Shown: one piece after another, positions 1-8,192 of the stretch
How positions within the stretch are numbered: position 1 is the first letter of the stretch
Layout of the letters: every line of letters starts with the position of its first letter
Virus record (IMG/VR): IMGVR_UViG_3300025684_000010
From: a virus
Direction: 5' to 3' (one strand)
Length of the DNA: 64,000 bases
The notes under the pieces: model-generated
What the model was told of the DNA's origin: nothing
Databases searched by the model: none
What the model saw: the letters and a program-made list of their open reading frames with translations, nothing else
Position numbers and translations under genes: made by a program

Positions 1-1074
1 AGATGTTGGTACAGGTACGTTTTGAGCGATATGATTCATTTTCTTCAAACCATGTAATAACTCAAAGTTCTCAGGAAAGCCCATCATATGTAAAGCTTCT
101 CGAATTGTTAATGACCTTTCTTCAGTAGGATGCATTGTATCAACCATGTTACGACCAATTACTGCATTCATATATTCGCCAAAGACATGTACTGAACCAT
201 CCCATACACCTTTACCATCAGCAAACTTCATAATGGCATGATCTGAGTATTTGGCGCCTTTTTCGTTTCCTGTTCTGTGGAACCATTCGTTGGCTTCTTT
301 CATCCAACCTTTCTTACAAACATAATTCAGAGTTGTCTTAACGTCCTCTTCAACCATAAGCTCTCGAACATCACGATTTGTTTTTGTCTTAATGAAATTG
401 TAATATGGTTCGTCAGGTACATGCTTATTAATAATCAAATCTTGATGTAATGCGTCAACAGGAATCTCTTGTAAGTATTCAGCAAAGTTCTTTCTTGGTT
501 TATTATACCAATTCATTACAGGAGCAGAGTCAGACTTCCAGCCGATCGCAAAGGTCCTGTCGCGTCCTTGAGGAACTCCGTGGAATCTCGTCGATGTTTT
601 ATATAGGGACAAAGAATAACCCCTCTCAGCGCAAATTTCGTACAGTCTATTTGCTACAGGACGACCTTTATTTGTAAACAATGCAGGAGCATTCTCAACA
701 ATCACTACCTTTGCACCAAGTCTATCAATACCATCTTGAAAGACCATATACATAAATTCGTTCTTAGCACAACCTGCGCCTTTACTCTCTGTAGTTGTTC
801 CTGTATTTAATTGAGATAGAGCAGCACATGGTGGAGTACCAGAGACCACATCAACTTGCGTTAGTCCACTGTTTTCTACTTCATCAAGTTTAATATAAGG
901 AATATCGCGTCCCATTGTATTTTGTTGGTAGTTTACGTAATGACTATCGTTATCCTCAAACCCACCATAAGAGTAGATTGCTGTAGGTGGTTTACCAAAC
1001 GCTCTTTCTGCGCCTAGCATTTGTCCACCGATAAGCGGAATGAGTGGTGCCCATGTTATTTCTTTTTTGTTCAT
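1..1074 (-). CDS. C5-cytosine DNA methyltransferase-like protein (3' end runs off the window; not in the ORF track)
   Basis: Manual translation from ATG at 1074 (MNKKEITWAPLIPLIGGQM...). Motif IV GTPPC, motif VI IVENAP, motif VIII GVPQGRDRTF, motif IX LTIREALHMMGFP, motif X-like IAQNVP. ATGA overlap with the upstream gene. Confidence 0.85.
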   Translation of the reverse strand, partial: MNKKEITWAPLIPLIGGQMLGAERAFGKPPTAIYSYGGFEDNDSHYVNYQQNTMGRDIPYIKLDEVENSGLTQVDVVSGTPPCAALSQLNTGTTTESKGAGCAKNEFMYMVFQDGIDRLGAKVVIVENAPALFTNKGRPVANRLYEICAERGYSLSLYKTSTRFHGVPQGRDRTFAIGWKSDSAPVMNWYNKPRKNFAEYLQEIPVDALHQDLIINKHVPDEPYYNFIKTKTNRDVRELMVEEDVKTTLNYVCKKGWMKEANEWFHRTGNEKGAKYSDHAIMKFADGKGVWDGSVHVFGEYMNAVIGRNMVDTMHPTEERSLTIREALHMMGFPENFELLHGLKKMNHIAQNVPVPTS

Positions 1075-2312
1075 CCGAAAAAATCCTCAAGTGTTGCAGC
1101 TACTTTCTTATCAAATTGCGTTACATCTGGTGCAACATAATCATTATCAATCGCTGTCATAATTTTATTGTTTAAGAATGTACCATCGTAGTATTCAGGT
1201 TTACATATAAGTTTACGTAATCCTGTAATTACCGATTCATACTCCTGTTCATTATTTAATAACCTATTCATCCTTTCTTTAAATTCAGCAGGAGTTTTCG
1301 GTCTTAAAAAATCTGGTATTGGCAAATGCCCCTGTTCATCATAAGATGGATGCAAGAACGGTATCACACCAGCATGTACCATTTCAATATACTTTGAAGT
1401 TACCCAACCTTTTGCGATTGGAATAATAAAAGTAAATTTAACATTATTCATTTTAGCCATTACATCATCAAGATGAATAGATCCTTTGAACCTTGCGTCT
1501 GTTTCGGTATTAGGATGTTCCCATTTACCATAGATCTCAACATCATCATGTTCATCTAATACCCAATCCTTTAATAAATTGTATCTTGAAGGTTTAGCTT
1601 CGTTTAAGATAACCATAAAAGGAACGTTACGATTTAAGTTGAACTGTTCAGTATGTTGATAGTTAATACAGAAACAAGTTTCCATTCCTGCATATGTTGA
1701 AGGCATTGATCTGTCGTAACGATCTTGTTCTTCGTAAGATTTAATACTACTTACTTTATATTCATAATCGTATTGACCTAAAGATATATTTGGTAAATTG
1801 AATATGTCTCTTGATTGATTCATAACATACCGAGGATCGTTTACAATTTCAACATAATCAGGATTCTCTTCGTTAATCCAAATCGCAATTGGTGATGTAT
1901 AATTCTTTGTCATATCAATCACAGAAGCTTTAAGTGTACGATCTTTAACTTGTTCAATTTTGCCTGGGATCGTAACTGTACCAACTTGACCAACCATTAA
2001 AACAGTATAGTCTAATTTCATTGACCTACTCTTAAAGTAATCAATCACGTGATTAAAGAATCTATCTTCATCGTTGTTTTTAATACCTTTCCAAATATCA
2101 ATTACATTATCAAAGGGAAACAACTCCAATGATTCAGACTCATTTAGAGTACTGAAATCAGATCGTCCGATAATGTAAAATGTTTTGTCTGGGTTATTAT
2201 TTGCGAGTGCAATAAGTACTGTAGACGGCTCGTTGTCTCCACCAATAGGAGAGAAGCGATTCCGCTTAAACTTGACCGATTTACCGATCTTTCCAAATCC
2301 AATGTTTTTCAT
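1071..2312 (-). CDS. GT-B fold DNA glycosyltransferase, T4 beta-glucosyltransferase-like
   Basis: C-terminal half (VEIYGKW...FKGSIHLDDVMAKMNN..FTFII...VTSKYIEM..AGVIPFLHPSYD) follows the pattern of the T4 BGT C-terminal domain; lies near a gp42 homolog. Confidence 0.55.
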   Translation of the reverse strand: MKNIGFGKIGKSVKFKRNRFSPIGGDNEPSTVLIALANNNPDKTFYIIGRSDFSTLNESESLELFPFDNVIDIWKGIKNNDEDRFFNHVIDYFKSRSMKLDYTVLMVGQVGTVTIPGKIEQVKDRTLKASVIDMTKNYTSPIAIWINEENPDYVEIVNDPRYVMNQSRDIFNLPNISLGQYDYEYKVSSIKSYEEQDRYDRSMPSTYAGMETCFCINYQHTEQFNLNRNVPFMVILNEAKPSRYNLLKDWVLDEHDDVEIYGKWEHPNTETDARFKGSIHLDDVMAKMNNVKFTFIIPIAKGWVTSKYIEMVHAGVIPFLHPSYDEQGHLPIPDFLRPKTPAEFKERMNRLLNNEQEYESVITGLRKLICKPEYYDGTFLNNKIMTAIDNDYVAPDVTQFDKKVAATLEDFFG

Positions 2313-2339
2313 AATATAAAGTTTGCCGTTCTGTTAAAT

Positions 2340-2774
2340 TTATTTATCCGAATTGACCACACGTTGTCTGAGCTCTGACGAACTGAAAGAATGCCTTCTG
2401 CGATTATAATGAACAGGACATAAACCTTTTCCAGTATGCTCAACATCTTTGTATTCTTCACCAACAATTCTAATATCAGGATTGATAGTCAAAATCATAT
2501 CAACCAATTCTTGTTCAGTTGAGAAAGGTATTACCTCGTCTACATATTTACAAGAAGATAACTGTATGTATCTTTCAAATGGAGTCTGAACTGGTTTGTT
2601 CTTTGCATTAGGACGATCCACGGTTGGGTCAATCAATAATCCAACAATTAAATAATCGCACAACGTCTTTGCTTCTTGTAGCATTACAATATGACCTGCA
2701 TGAAACAGATCAAACGTTGAACATGTAAATCCGACCTTACAATCTGCCGGTAATTTTTTCCTATCTAGAAACAT
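2340..2774 (-). CDS. Cytidylyltransferase, TagD/glycerol-3-phosphate cytidylyltransferase-like
   Basis: TFDLFHAGH (HxGH), CDYLIVGL, CKYVDEVIP and the C-terminal SSSELR signature. Confidence 0.85.
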   Translation of the reverse strand: MFLDRKKLPADCKVGFTCSTFDLFHAGHIVMLQEAKTLCDYLIVGLLIDPTVDRPNAKNKPVQTPFERYIQLSSCKYVDEVIPFSTEQELVDMILTINPDIRIVGEEYKDVEHTGKGLCPVHYNRRRHSFSSSELRQRVVNSDK

Positions 2775-3681
2775 TTTCTTCCCTCAAAATTTCTTTAACT
2801 CGTTTAGCATACACCGTATAGAGTGGTGTTTTATCAGTTGGTAGATAATGTATATATGCAGGGAAGGTTTTAAAATTTAACACTGCGTCGAGTTTTAGAA
2901 CCGTAGTCCAAATACGTACGTCACTACCAAACCTGCTTACCTCAAATCCATTCTCTGATAACCATTTATAATAAATTGCATATATGTTTTGTTCTATACA
3001 CCAAAACTTTCCACCCATAGATCGGTTATTACCTGGAGTTCCATACTTTGGTATAACAGAACCACCATAACCTTTTTTGTTTTTATACTTGTGTACACCT
3101 TCCATAATAAGAACATACATATCTTTACAAGCTGCTCTTTTAAAGAACTCAAGATAATGATCGTTTCTTGTATGTACAACCTGACCAGAATTCATACTAA
3201 AATAAGGTTTGGTTCTCATTGTAGTAATATCAACCTTATCTTTATAAATTGGATCAAGTACTGCTTCTACAAACTTACCCATAACACCTAATGCAGATTC
3301 GTTATAGAATACATAAGGTTCAAAGAAATAGTGGTCAACAGGCTTGAGTAATAACGTATCGTCATCAATCATCATTGCTCTGTTGATGTTTAATATTTCA
3401 TGTGCATAAGGAAAGACCAACCATTTGATTGCCACTCCATATACATCAAGTATTCGTAACAACCACTCTTCATCAAAGAAATGCTTTACTTTATCAATCA
3501 CATCAGTTACATAGTGAATTGTTATCTTATCTGATATACTTTCTACGTTATAGGTAGTATGCCGATCATCTAAGATAACATGCAAATTCATATATGTATC
3601 TTCGTCGTATACATTATACATCTCAAGAAGGTTTTCAATCCTTGAGATTTTATTGCTTACTATGAATATATCATTCTGCAT
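2761..3681 (-). CDS. GT-A fold (GT8-like) nucleotide-diphospho-sugar transferase
   Basis: MMIDDDTLL DxD motif, FSMNSGQVV, IEQ and IHY motifs. Start moved to MQNDIF (3681). Confidence 0.6.
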   Translation of the reverse strand: MQNDIFIVSNKISRIENLLEMYNVYDEDTYMNLHVILDDRHTTYNVESISDKITIHYVTDVIDKVKHFFDEEWLLRILDVYGVAIKWLVFPYAHEILNINRAMMIDDDTLLLKPVDHYFFEPYVFYNESALGVMGKFVEAVLDPIYKDKVDITTMRTKPYFSMNSGQVVHTRNDHYLEFFKRAACKDMYVLIMEGVHKYKNKKGYGGSVIPKYGTPGNNRSMGGKFWCIEQNIYAIYYKWLSENGFEVSRFGSDVRIWTTVLKLDAVLNFKTFPAYIHYLPTDKTPLYTVYAKRVKEILREENVSR

Positions 3682-4717
3682 AGTCGATAATATCCAATAG
3701 ATCGTTAACACACTGAATGATAAAGTCTTTATCTGGGTGGTACTTGTATACTCGAATCACTTCGGCAGCTGTTAGCGTTAACAACTCATACTTATCTATC
3801 CAATGATTATATGCCAACATTGTATTAATCACAAGATCTTGAGTATGACTATCATAACGATTGATTATTAAACTTGCGATAAACTTTGCTATGTCAAGTT
3901 CACGACAACCAAATACATTAGGAATAGGATCAATTAAGTACATTGTGTCACTGTCATTAAACAGCATGTTCTTAATACCAAAATCTCCATGACAATAACC
4001 ATACTCTAATTCAATAGAAGATAGTCTTTCAACAACATCATTAAAAGGTTCAAGGTTAGCATTAGTACAGTGATTTACGATTCTTGCTATATAATCATCA
4101 AAGGTTAGAAACTTTGTTTCGATTGGCATATTACCAAAAGCATCAAGAGCTTCTTGAATTAACGCCAATGCTTTATAAGGACTGTCTTCGAAGAAATTAG
4201 GATCGTTTTCAATATAATCCATTGTAATCGTATCACCAACCACTCGATGAATCTCAGGTGTACATACTGCCCAACCGGTTTTCTCATACCAAAGTGCGGC
4301 TTCATGAGCATTCTTTGCTGTCTTGTGAACAAACTTACCGTCGGTGTAAATGTCAGAGCCTGATAGGCCACCTTCCAATTCACGAATATCAGCCTCTACA
4401 AAATCTTCAGGTGTAATACCTTTGTCGTCAATGTAATATGCTGCGAGTGGTTTATTAAAACTGAGTGCATGGTACTTTACGTTATTCTTTTGTAACCACG
4501 ATTCAATTTGAGGTCCATACTTATCTGCAGCTTCTTCTCTACTCCTACAAGAAATAGATCCACGAGCTGTATATATGTCGATAGTCCAACCTTGATTATA
4601 TAGTTCATTACACTTTTCAATTAGAGCAACGTTGGGTTTTGCGTTATCCCAATCTCTATTTGATGTAAATGCTAGAGTGTCATCAAAGTCAAGGACTATT
4701 CTTTTATGTGACGACAT
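3671..4717 (-). CDS. Fusion of a HAD phosphatase (capsule-biosynthesis type) and an APH/choline-kinase-like phosphotransferase
   Basis: N-terminal LDFDDTL, YTARG, YIDDK; C-terminal HGDFGIKN, LIDP and DIAKF. Confidence 0.8.
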   Translation of the reverse strand: MSSHKRIVLDFDDTLAFTSNRDWDNAKPNVALIEKCNELYNQGWTIDIYTARGSISCRSREEAADKYGPQIESWLQKNNVKYHALSFNKPLAAYYIDDKGITPEDFVEADIRELEGGLSGSDIYTDGKFVHKTAKNAHEAALWYEKTGWAVCTPEIHRVVGDTITMDYIENDPNFFEDSPYKALALIQEALDAFGNMPIETKFLTFDDYIARIVNHCTNANLEPFNDVVERLSSIELEYGYCHGDFGIKNMLFNDSDTMYLIDPIPNVFGCRELDIAKFIASLIINRYDSHTQDLVINTMLAYNHWIDKYELLTLTAAEVIRVYKYHPDKDFIIQCVNDLLDIIDYAE

Positions 4718-4719
4718 AA

Positions 4720-4923
4720 TTAGTCCTTCTTAAAATAAATGCTACGAGTTAGTCCACCAAAGAGGTAGGTGAAGTATAAGAAGAATGGAGCCGCAATTAC
4801 GAGTCGTATTGTATCAGAAGTTGCACCAACCAATTCACCGAGACCGATGAGAGCTGAGATTAATCCAATAATTAACACGACGGTTGCTACGCCAAATCCA
4901 AAGTCTTTCAATTTTTCTTTCAT
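4720..4923 (-). CDS. Small two-TM membrane protein
   Basis: Two hydrophobic segments; first gene after the promoter at 4951-4979. Confidence 0.55.
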   Translation of the reverse strand: MKEKLKDFGFGVATVVLIIGLISALIGLGELVGATSDTIRLVIAAPFFLYFTYLFGGLTRSIYFKKD

Positions 4924-4950
4924 AATATAGTTTCCTTGTTAATATTTACT

Positions 4951-4979
4951 ATTATAACAAATTTTTGTGCAGTTGTCAA
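4951..4979 (-). promoter_or_regulatory. Sigma70-consensus early promoter
   Basis: TTGACA-N17-TATAAT on the minus strand; heads the HAD/GT/CTase/BGT/MTase operon. Confidence 0.8.
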
Positions 4980-4983
4980 TAGT

Positions 4984-5436
4984 TTATTTAGCCAATCTGA
5001 AATCTGTTTCAAATTTACATCCTGACTCAATAAAGAGTTGTTTTGACTTATCATACGATTCTATCCATCTTTGAGGAACATCTTCTGCAGCCATTACAAT
5101 TCTATTTATGCCAACTTGGATAATTCCTTTTGCACATTCATTACAGACAGGTAAACCCCACACGTATATTGTTGTATCTTTTAACGATACTCCATGAAAG
5201 GAGGCATTGAAGATTGCATTCATTTCAGCATGCACAACGAGTTCGTATTTCAGTTCTCTATTGTTATACTTATCTGCTGAATCATCAATACCTTTAGGAA
5301 AGCCATTATAACCAGTTGCTAGGATACGTTTATCTTTTACAATAACCGCTCCTATTTGTTTACTTGGATCTTTTGACCAACTTGAAACTTCTCGGGCAAC
5401 TCGTATAAATCTTTGATCCCATTTATTTTCCTGCAT
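4984..5436 (-). CDS. cd: dCMP deaminase
   Basis: SKDPSKQIGAVIV, GYNGFPKG, HAEMNA and PVCNECAK zinc motifs. Confidence 0.92.
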   Translation of the reverse strand: MQENKWDQRFIRVAREVSSWSKDPSKQIGAVIVKDKRILATGYNGFPKGIDDSADKYNNRELKYELVVHAEMNAIFNASFHGVSLKDTTIYVWGLPVCNECAKGIIQVGINRIVMAAEDVPQRWIESYDKSKQLFIESGCKFETDFRLAK

Positions 5437-6091
5437 TAATTAACGCCTCAATAAATTCAAAATGTCTTTCATATACATGAAGATTAGTTGCAGTCCAAAT
5501 CAAGTCACCGACCTCAACTTCGAGATCATAAGCAAGTTGACCTTGAACAAACTTTGCCCAAGCAACATCATTGTTATAACCAAAGACAGCATCGTTAGAT
5601 CTCATTACATAATGGGATATAAGTTTACCATCTCGAATCATAAACGTATTCGCAAATGTACACATAAAGTCAGACATACCATCACGGTTGAAATCAAGAT
5701 GCATACTTGGACGATTATAGATCATTGCAGCTCTACGGCTGTTTGGATTAGCTTTCAACTCTCGAAGTACATGTTTATATTGATTACCATTCTCTTCAGA
5801 GTAAATACACCAACCATAATTAGAATTGATCTTACCTTCGTTAGAAGATATATCTTTCCAAATCTGTGGTGTCTCTCCAGGAATATCATCAACATATAGT
5901 GATTCAGACATATACCACTCAAGTTCACGCTCGATGTACTTATATGCTGGTGTTCTAATCAACCAATTTTCATCAGCAACAAATGATTCACCAAGAACTT
6001 CAATAGTCTTAGCGCCTGACTTGTCAATGACATAATCTTCTGCAAGATACTTGTCAATTAGGTCTGCTCGGATATCATTTGTTGTTTTCAT
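5423..6091 (-). CDS. 42: dCMP hydroxymethylase (T4 gp42 homolog)
   Basis: Close match to T4 gp42 as I recall it: DKSGAKTIEVLGESFVADE, RELEWY, DIPGETPQIW, INSNYGW, DGMSDFMCT, RSNDAVFGYNND (Asp at the cytosine-specificity position), LHVYERHF. Confidence 0.9.
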   Translation of the reverse strand: MKTTNDIRADLIDKYLAEDYVIDKSGAKTIEVLGESFVADENWLIRTPAYKYIERELEWYMSESLYVDDIPGETPQIWKDISSNEGKINSNYGWCIYSEENGNQYKHVLRELKANPNSRRAAMIYNRPSMHLDFNRDGMSDFMCTFANTFMIRDGKLISHYVMRSNDAVFGYNNDVAWAKFVQGQLAYDLEVEVGDLIWTATNLHVYERHFEFIEALINAGK

Positions 6092-6345
6092 TAGATGGAT
6101 TCCATTAACGCTTCAATATCAGATACTTCTGCAATTAGATCAGAAACATTTTGATTATGGAAAGCTCTTGCGGTTTTCCTTAGGATTGATTTTGGGATCT
6201 GAACTTCATCAGCCAAAGCATTGATTGCTTCTTTCTGAAAATCACGTTCTGATTCCATTCGAGTAAACGAATTACTCATTTCTTCCATACAACCACGGAT
6301 TCGTTTTTTGTCTGCGTCACTTGACGGTATCATTATATTGCTCAT
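6091..6345 (-). CDS. Small helical dsDNA-binding protein (T4 DsbA/GapR-like)
   Basis: Size and pattern (EAINALADEVQIPKSILRKTARAFHNQN) resemble the DsbA family. Confidence 0.45.
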   Translation of the reverse strand: MSNIMIPSSDADKKRIRGCMEEMSNSFTRMESERDFQKEAINALADEVQIPKSILRKTARAFHNQNVSDLIAEVSDIEALMESI

Positions 6346-6689
6346 TATTTAGTACTCCTGTTAAATACATCTTTAGTTGAATCCTGACCTTTAATACCTT
6401 GACGACAGTAAGAGACAAAGAAACTTGAATAGTTAATTAAATCTTTTGCTGAATCTTCAAGGGACTCAAAGTTAGGATCGTAATCATCTGACTGCATTGC
6501 TTCCATTACTGATTTCATACGTAGCATTTTTGCATGCATAATATCATGAATGGTTGTAATTCCGTTAGGATAGTAGTCAGCTTGTTGAACAGTCGAGTTT
6601 GGATTTTGATAATCTCTCGACTTTTTCAATTGAAGGTCAACACACTCTTGTAGTACATCGACCGAAACTGGGTTGGTTGGTTTTGTCAT
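6345..6689 (-). CDS. Nucleotide-modification-associated domain 1 (Nmad1/DUF1599-like) protein
   Basis: LQLKKSRDY...KMLRM...FESLEDSAKDLINYSSF pattern of this all-alpha family; adjacent to gp42. Confidence 0.6.
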   Translation of the reverse strand: MTKPTNPVSVDVLQECVDLQLKKSRDYQNPNSTVQQADYYPNGITTIHDIMHAKMLRMKSVMEAMQSDDYDPNFESLEDSAKDLINYSSFFVSYCRQGIKGQDSTKDVFNRSTK

Positions 6690-6712
6690 ATAGACTCCAT
6701 AATAAAAAATAT

Positions 6713-6741
6713 ATTATATCAAAGATTCTTGATAATGTCAA
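6713..6741 (-). promoter_or_regulatory. Sigma70-consensus early promoter
   Basis: TTGACA-N17-TATAAT upstream of Nmad1-dsbA-42-cd. Confidence 0.8.
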
Positions 6742-6757
6742 TGGAAATTTCGTATAC

Positions 6758-7303
6758 TCATCGGTTTTTTTCCATAGCAACGTCTTTGAAGTTGTTATGT
6801 TCTATTATACCATACTTTTCTACAGATGTAAATAGTTTTTTCTTACTATTGTAACGAATCCATAAAGAACGATTAACTTTTGGTTTGCCTTCCTTTGTTG
6901 TCATCATAGTTTTTACAACAGCTTTTGGTATAAAGAAGTAATGTAATTTTTCTGTGTCAGGGTTAACAACAACCGCTCGGATAGCACCTTTCTTTAAGAC
7001 ACCGTCATGAGATCTTACGCTTGAGAGTTCGGCTGAACTGCTCTTGGCCGATATGTGTAATGTACCCGTTTTGGATTCAGATTCATCTGTGAAGTCTTCG
7101 TGGATACCGTCGTTGAATTCGTATAGACCATTTGAGCAGAGAGCGAACGATTGTTCTATTAAATGTTCTAGGTTAAAATCCGCAGGCCGTTGTAGAACAG
7201 CCTCACGGAAAGGACTTTCTTTATAGACTGGGTGGTTTTCAACAACGCAGTCTGCCATCAGTTTCAATTTAAGGTTTGTGTTGACCTTTTCATAATATGC
7301 CAT
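6758..7303 (-). CDS. Hypothetical protein, possible PD-(D/E)xK nuclease fold
   Basis: EHLIE...DFTDESESKT resembles an E...D...(D/E)xK arrangement; has its own promoter. Confidence 0.4.
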   Translation of the reverse strand: MAYYEKVNTNLKLKLMADCVVENHPVYKESPFREAVLQRPADFNLEHLIEQSFALCSNGLYEFNDGIHEDFTDESESKTGTLHISAKSSSAELSSVRSHDGVLKKGAIRAVVVNPDTEKLHYFFIPKAVVKTMMTTKEGKPKVNRSLWIRYNSKKKLFTSVEKYGIIEHNNFKDVAMEKNR

Positions 7304-7335
7304 AATGTAAGTCCATTAATTTAAATTATAGATAT

Positions 7336-7364
7336 ATTATAATCTATATCATAAAGAATGTCAA
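7336..7364 (-). promoter_or_regulatory. Sigma70-consensus early promoter
   Basis: TTGACA-N17-TATAAT. Confidence 0.8.
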
Positions 7365-7381
7365 TGGTTTATTTCAGTTAT

Positions 7382-7468
7382 TTAGAGAACTTTTCTCCAA
7401 ACGTTCTGAATTCTGTTCCTTTTCATCATATGATGGAACTTTTTGTATTGTTTTGCTATGTATTTCAT
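7382..7468 (-). CDS. 28-aa basic peptide (MKYIAKQYKKFHHMMKRNRIQNVWRKVL)
   Basis: Manual translation; AGGAAGGA Shine-Dalgarno just upstream. Confidence 0.5.
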   Translation of the reverse strand: MKYIAKQYKKFHHMMKRNRIQNVWRKVL

Positions 7469-7549
7469 GTTTCCTTCCTGTTGCCTACATGTTACAGTAA
7501 TGTAACATATAAATTTATATATACAAGAACTACTAACAAAATCAATAAT

Positions 7550-7777
7550 TTATACAACTTTTGGTGGAACTGGTAATAGAAACGTTCTTACTGTTGCCAA
7601 TTTATCTTCGGCTTCGGCAAGTTTTGCGACTTCAGCATCAAGAGTTTCAACTGTACCAGGATGTTCTGCTACTCCAACTCCATTCTCTAAAAATACCGCA
7701 ATGTTTGCTGTATGTTCTGCAATGGCTGCTTCATACCTTGAAACTAACGCATTAACTAATATTTCTCTAATTGCCAT
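7550..7777 (-). CDS. Hypothetical helical protein
   Basis: ORF track, with start moved to MAIREIL after a GGAG RBS. Confidence 0.6.
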   Translation of the reverse strand: MAIREILVNALVSRYEAAIAEHTANIAVFLENGVGVAEHPGTVETLDAEVAKLAEAEDKLATVRTFLLPVPPKVV

Positions 7778-7778
7778 T

Positions 7779-8192
7779 TTACTCTCCTTTAAGTTTTGGT
7801 AGGATACCATGATTGCCTTCATGAGATGGAGCCGTCCATCCTTCAGGTTTCATCAAGTCAGGTAATCCTAGTGGGTTTGGCCGTCCTTCCTTTACTCCAG
7901 GTTCTTTGGCCATGTTTGCTTCGAGAACTGCGTCCCAAGCTTTATAAGGATCGACTCCGAAGGCATCAAGAGTACCGATTGCCACTACACAAAGGTCAAC
8001 TAAACCATCAACGATTTCTTCGGAGTCGATATCTTTTTGAGCTGTTCTTGTTTCTTCGAGTTCTTCTTGTAGGAAGTTAACTCTAAATTCCAAAAACGCT
8101 TTCAACTTTTCCACATCTGCGTTTGCTACCCAGTTGTGTGTTTTATATTTTGATTGCATATCAACAATATCTTTTACCCAATCCTTACTCAT
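7779..8192 (-). CDS. MazG-like/all-alpha NTP pyrophosphohydrolase (candidate dCTPase/dUTPase)
   Basis: FLQEELEE...EIVDGLVDL acidic motifs, VLEANMAK, DLMKPEGW. Confidence 0.75.
   Translation of the reverse strand: MSKDWVKDIVDMQSKYKTHNWVANADVEKLKAFLEFRVNFLQEELEETRTAQKDIDSEEIVDGLVDLCVVAIGTLDAFGVDPYKAWDAVLEANMAKEPGVKEGRPNPLGLPDLMKPEGWTAPSHEGNHGILPKLKGE

Noticed and set aside
450-677. 75-aa plus-strand ORF in the track
   Set aside because: It is antisense to the C5-MTase reading frame, which has all catalytic motifs; shadow ORF. The same applies to most short antisense or nested track ORFs over gp43, gp46, gp47, topoisomerase, uvsX and nrdA.
5423-6091. Annotation as thymidylate synthase (td)
   Set aside because: It matches T4 gp42 along its length and has Asp at the base-specificity position; dTMP synthesis is covered by ThyX at 59676.
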